64,000 nt of DNA, from positions 1 to 64,000 of the IMG/VR virus record IMGVR_UViG_3300037483_000378, one strand, 5' to 3'. A program made the translations under genes and the position numbers. This document shows positions 60,491 through 64,000 of the stretch, one piece after another (the first letter of the stretch is position 1; the number at the start of each line of letters is the position of its first letter). Below the pieces are notes generated by a model. The model ran no database searches and was not told the origin of the DNA. It was given only the letters and a program-made list of their open reading frames with translations. This DNA comes from a virus (Duplodnaviria; Caudoviricetes).

Positions 60491-61191
60491 CCCTCCAAGT
60501 CTGCGCGCAGCTCCGCGATCCGCTTCTGCCGCGCCGCGTTCGTCTTCCCGAGGCTCGGGCCCCGGTGCTCCCGGCTCGCTATCGTGTGCTCGATCACCAC
60601 GGGCTCGGCCGCCGGGTATGCCCACGGCTTGTCGAACACGCGGCAGTAGCGCCCCGGCAAGCGCACGGTCTTCAGGTTCGGCATGCACGTCGTGAGGTAC
60701 CACAGGTTCTTCTGGCCGCCGCCTTCGAGCAGCCCGCGCCGCCGCATCAGATCGTTCATCCCGCACCACGCCTCCAGGAGACTCCTCGCGCCCGGCGTGT
60801 CCCCGAAGTAGAGCGTGCCGGAGAGTAGCCGGTGCGGTCGGTCGCACGCGCCGCCGATAACGCAACCGCACACGTCCGACGCGCGACCGGACGGGGACGC
60901 GAACCAGTGCGCGCCGAAGTCCACGCCGTCCGCCCCGAGCGCGTCGAAGTATGGAGACGGATCATCATGCACCACGGCGTCCACGTCAACGTAGAGGAGC
61001 GGACCAGCCAGCATGCCGCGCGTATCCGCGATGAACCCCGCCTTGCGCGCCGTGTTGGCGTACCAGTTCCCGCCATTTTCTACGGCACTCACGTAGAGGG
61101 CGACGCCGGCACGATCCGCGGATCGCTCCAGCAATTCCTCTTCCGCCTCGTAGCTCCCGAACCCAGGCGTGTAGTAGGCGACGACGATCAA
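60487..61191 (-). CDS. GT-A fold glycosyltransferase
   Basis: W..N..RK..FI, LLYVDVDA (DxD), LSGTLYF, GQKNL. Confidence 0.8.
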   Translation of the reverse strand: MIVVAYYTPGFGSYEAEEELLERSADRAGVALYVSAVENGGNWYANTARKAGFIADTRGMLAGPLLYVDVDAVVHDDPSPYFDALGADGVDFGAHWFASPSGRASDVCGCVIGGACDRPHRLLSGTLYFGDTPGARSLLEAWCGMNDLMRRRGLLEGGGQKNLWYLTTCMPNLKTVRLPGRYCRVFDKPWAYPAAEPVVIEHTIASREHRGPSLGKTNAARQKRIAELRADLEG

Positions 61192-61499
61192 TTCAGGTTC
61201 CTCAGCACGAGGTCAGCGTATGCCTCGCAGCCGGGCGTTCGCACGCAGCCGTTGTAGCGCAGCAGCGCGGCGCGGATCGCCGCGTCCAACGCCTCCCCGA
61301 GATAGCTCCGCAGGATGTCGGCTCCGTAGCAGACCGACGTGGGCCCGTCGGTGAGGTCAGGGCCGCAGGGATGGACCGCACTCGCGTGGAACGGCATCAC
61401 ATGCATCCAGCCCACCGCGCCTCCGCTACCGGACAGTCCCGCGGCCGCCAACGACGCGCATGCCCATGCCGCTACCACCCACGTCAGCAGCATCTTCAT
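61188..61499 (-). CDS. Truncated lytic transglycosylase (SLT)-like protein
   Basis: GAVGWMHVMP, YGADIL..YL, ALLRYNG; hydrophobic N-terminus in place of the catalytic-Glu helix. Confidence 0.6.
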   Translation of the reverse strand: MKMLLTWVVAAWACASLAAAGLSGSGGAVGWMHVMPFHASAVHPCGPDLTDGPTSVCYGADILRSYLGEALDAAIRAALLRYNGCVRTPGCEAYADLVLRNLN

Positions 61500-62005
61500 A
61501 GCCGTACCCACCAGGTTGAGTCCTCGTCCAGCTCGACGCGCTTCGCACCGAACGCCTCGTCCACGGCTCGGTCCACGCCGCGGAACCCGCCGGCCTTCCA
61601 GTAGTCGTGCCCGCCGATCCAGCCGCCCTTCCTTACCTTCGGTAGCCACGCCGCGACGTCATCGCGAACGCTCTCGTACTCGTGGTCGCCGTCGATGAAC
61701 GCCAGGTCTAGCGAGCCGTCCGCAATGAGGTACGCTATGTCTACACTCGCCCCCTTGAAGATATGGCGCCTGCCCGCCCCCTGCGTCGTGCGCGCCATGG
61801 CCAGCTTCTCTACCTTGGAACACTTCGCCGCATCGCGATAGTACGTGACGCCCCAGAAGTCCACCATGACGAGCGTGAGGTTGCGGTGCCAGCCGAGCAG
61901 CCAGCCGCTCGTCGTGCCTTCGTCCACGCCCACCTCCACGGCGCGGCACGGCACCGACTCCGACGGGAGGCGCCGCAGGATCGCGTTGCCTCGAAAGCCT
62001 GCCAT
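61496..62005 (-). CDS. Class I SAM methyltransferase (Methyltransf_24-like)
   Basis: VEVGVDEG, DLAFIDGDH.YE.V..D, KGGWIGGHDY. Confidence 0.9.
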   Translation of the reverse strand: MAGFRGNAILRRLPSESVPCRAVEVGVDEGTTSGWLLGWHRNLTLVMVDFWGVTYYRDAAKCSKVEKLAMARTTQGAGRRHIFKGASVDIAYLIADGSLDLAFIDGDHEYESVRDDVAAWLPKVRKGGWIGGHDYWKAGGFRGVDRAVDEAFGAKRVELDEDSTWWVRL

Positions 62006-62820
62006 CACGTGTCTCCTTCGAGTAGGGCCACCATCTCTCGCTCCACCTCGCCCGGGTCCTCCCACGCGTGCGACGTCCAGATGGGCGAGTCCATGTGGTT
62101 CGCCGCATGGTAGTATTCCTCCATGCGCACCGGCCAGTACGCGGGCTCCATGACCTTGCCCTGCGGGTCGAGGACGGGCCCCGGCGCCACGAGCCCACGG
62201 TAGGTGATGAGCAAGAGCGGGGCGCCGCAGAGCACGGCCAGGTGCGCGAGTCCCGCGTCCGTCGCCACCACGAGCCGCGCCCCACGCATGGCCTGGATCG
62301 ACGCGTCGAGGTGACGCTTCCTGTCCCAGCTCGACGGGCATCCGATCTCTACGGAAGAGTCCGGTGCGCCGGCAGCGAAGGCGTGCATGCCCATCGCCTT
62401 CACGCACTTCACCAGGGGCCGCCAGTGCGCCCAGTTCTTCGCAGACCCGTAGGTCCGGGCGCGAGGGCAGAACACGACGTCGGCCAGGAGGTACTTCTGC
62501 GTCTCGTACGGATCCGGCACGAACCGCGCTTCCGGCATGCCGCGCCGCGTGACGACGATGGACGCGAGGGGCCAGCGCTTCCGGGCAACGCGCTCCACCT
62601 CGCGCTGGAACGCCGCGTCACCTTTCGGGCGCATCCCCCTTCGGTCCTCGTCCTTCGGGAGCGGCACGGCCACGCGTCGTGCCGCCGACGGGTAGAGCGC
62701 CTCGCTGCCTCGCTCGTGATAGACCACCTTCGGGCCCGGCAATGCATGGACGGCAGGCACGTGGTACCGGAGCATGAGCCCAAACTCGCCTCGGCAAGGA
62801 AGCACGACGCTCAGGCTCAC
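62005..62820 (-). CDS. GT9-like (heptosyltransferase family) glycosyltransferase
   Basis: KNW..W..L, A.LVVATDAGLAHLA...GAP. Confidence 0.8.
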   Translation of the reverse strand: MSLSVVLPCRGEFGLMLRYHVPAVHALPGPKVVYHERGSEALYPSAARRVAVPLPKDEDRRGMRPKGDAAFQREVERVARKRWPLASIVVTRRGMPEARFVPDPYETQKYLLADVVFCPRARTYGSAKNWAHWRPLVKCVKAMGMHAFAAGAPDSSVEIGCPSSWDRKRHLDASIQAMRGARLVVATDAGLAHLAVLCGAPLLLITYRGLVAPGPVLDPQGKVMEPAYWPVRMEEYYHAANHMDSPIWTSHAWEDPGEVEREMVALLEGDT

Positions 62821-63518
62821 GACACGTCCTCCCATGCCAATCGTACCGGGTCGTTCGCCGGAAGCTCCCGCAGCCGTGGACGCCCATGGAAGCACACGAG
62901 GCGCGCGCCCTCCGGCACCGACGCGTGCCGCTGGTACGGGTGCTTCGGCTCGCAGTGGATCTTGTAGCTCACCACCTGCCCGGGGAGCATGCGCTGGATC
63001 GGGTCCGCGCGCTCGAACGACGGCCCCAAGAACGAGTCCATGCGCCGGGGGTTCGCTCGCATCACGCCGGGTGGGTCCGCGCAGAACCGGCGCCATGCGT
63101 CAGCTAGCTCCTCGCCGTGACGGTCAGCGTCCCACGCCAGCACGCCGCTCGCCCGTTTCCCCGGCGCGTAGAAGTCCTCCAGCGCGGCTGGCGCGTCCAC
63201 GGACGACGGAAGCTCCATCAGCTCGTCGAGGTCACCAACCACCACCGTGTCGAGGTCGAGGTAGAGGATTGGGCCGCGCAGTGCGCCGGGCTCGAACATG
63301 GGTAGCTTCGCCCACCATCTCAGCCAGCCGTCGCGCAGCGGGATGCATGAGATGCCGGGCACGCTACGGTCGGTGAAGAGCTTGAACTCCCAGCGATGCC
63401 GCCAGTCCCTCGTCACCCACCGTGACACCCCGGCATGGAGGCGACGCGCGTCAAGAATGCCGAACAGCCCGGGGGCCGACCTGAGCACGGCCACGACGGT
63501 AACGTCCGGGGTACTCAC
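62817..63518 (-). CDS. GT8-like glycosyltransferase
   Basis: WWAKL.MF, ILYLDLDTVVVGDLD, SGVLAW, SYK, VCFHGRP. Confidence 0.85.
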   Translation of the reverse strand: MSTPDVTVVAVLRSAPGLFGILDARRLHAGVSRWVTRDWRHRWEFKLFTDRSVPGISCIPLRDGWLRWWAKLPMFEPGALRGPILYLDLDTVVVGDLDELMELPSSVDAPAALEDFYAPGKRASGVLAWDADRHGEELADAWRRFCADPPGVMRANPRRMDSFLGPSFERADPIQRMLPGQVVSYKIHCEPKHPYQRHASVPEGARLVCFHGRPRLRELPANDPVRLAWEDVS

Positions 63519-63709
63519 ACGACGTGCTCGGTCATGAGGTGTGCCCGCAACGTTCGCTCCCGGAGCCCCGCCATCCTCTGCACTTCAGGAACCGCGAGCA
63601 CGGCGCTGCCGCCCGACGCCTGCACGATGAGGGCATGCGCCCTTGCGATCTCCATGACGCGCTTCCACGCCTCTGCGCAGACGACATCTGACGGCGCAGT
63701 CATAATCAC
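63515..63709 (-). CDS. Small hypothetical protein
   Basis: Coupled ORF. Confidence 0.5.
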   Translation of the reverse strand: MIMTAPSDVVCAEAWKRVMEIARAHALIVQASGGSAVLAVPEVQRMAGLRERTLRAHLMTEHVV

Positions 63710-63861
63710 GATCGGTTCCCGAAGAGCATGTAGGCTACCGTGCCCCAGAACGCAGCGAGCATGATGATGACGCTAGCGAATGCCACGACGCGCTTCAGCC
63801 GCTCAGCCGCTTCCGCGACGGCGTCTCCGTCAACGACGATCACTCGTGCCCCGTCCCTCAT
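63706..63861 (-). CDS. 51-aa membrane peptide
   Basis: MRDGARV...VVAFASVIIMLAAFWGTVAYMLFG; not in ORF track. Confidence 0.5.
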   Translation of the reverse strand: MRDGARVIVVDGDAVAEAAERLKRVVAFASVIIMLAAFWGTVAYMLFGNRS

Positions 63862-63874
63862 AACCCTACCACCG

Positions 63875-64000
63875 TCATCGCCGGTCCACCGTCTGCACGT
63901 GACCGAGGAGCGTCGCCACGCGGTCCGCCTGCGCGCCGATCTTCGCGGCCCACCGGTCGTCGTCTGCCTTGGCCGCCTCGTGGAGATGGTCGAGCGCGGC
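63875..64000 (-). CDS. 3' end of a gene entering from the right edge
   Basis: Open frame ...ALDHLHEAAKADDDRW...DRR then TGA. Confidence 0.4.
   Translation of the reverse strand, partial: AALDHLHEAAKADDDRWAAKIGAQADRVATLLGHVQTVDRR

Noticed and set aside
595-61257. Long plus-strand ORFs (e.g. 595-1908, 3891-5063, 33789-35054, 43678-45321, 49550-51118, 54630-55844)
   Set aside because: They are antisense shadows of well-supported minus-strand genes in high-GC DNA, with no recognisable motifs or RBS coupling
1-64000. Stop-codon reassignment suggested by the large tRNA set
   Set aside because: No suppressor anticodon found; genes are intact under code 11 and TAG, TGA and TAA all end genes
1-64000. 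Calling lifestyle (temperate vs lytic) or host taxon
   Set aside because: No integrase, repressor-switch, terminase or flanking host genes in the window; the evidence is insufficient

Overview
A ~64 kb segment of a high-GC tailed (siphovirus-like, long non-contractile tail) bacteriophage or prophage. Every gene I can support is on the minus strand; the long plus-strand ORFs are antisense shadows. In transcription order (right to left): a glycosyltransferase/methyltransferase cluster (58.4-63.5 kb); portal, MuF, a group-3 sigma factor, protease/scaffold, decoration protein and major capsid; head-tail connectors, tail tube, tail chaperone with a -1 frameshift, tape measure and large tail/tailspike proteins; a lysis module interrupted by a separately promoted cassette; a dense array of 31 tRNA genes plus tmRNA and an HNH endonuclease (17.96-21.9 kb); an early region (MoxR AAA + DUF3150-like + metallopeptidase-VWA, a GG-terminated ubiquitin-like candidate, a GHKL ATPase-HExxH protein, Zn-finger microproteins); a YqaJ/RecT/DEDD exonuclease/RtcB module; and the start of an HTH replication initiator. 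No terminase or integrase lies in the window. Main unusual signals, all from manual reading and folding: (i) tRNA-like cloverleaves with aberrant anticodon arms between protein genes and inside the array; (ii) a perfect 20-bp inverted repeat bracketing most of the tRNA array; (iii) five tRNAs with C33 instead of U33, and no Asp/Asn/Tyr/Lys tRNAs in the array; (iv) a three-copy promoter motif CTTTACG-N15/16-GTTAT, plausibly read by the phage sigma factor; (v) a candidate phage ubiquitin-like protein; (vi) a candidate virion glycosylation cluster. Family assignments come from recalled motifs, not database searches.
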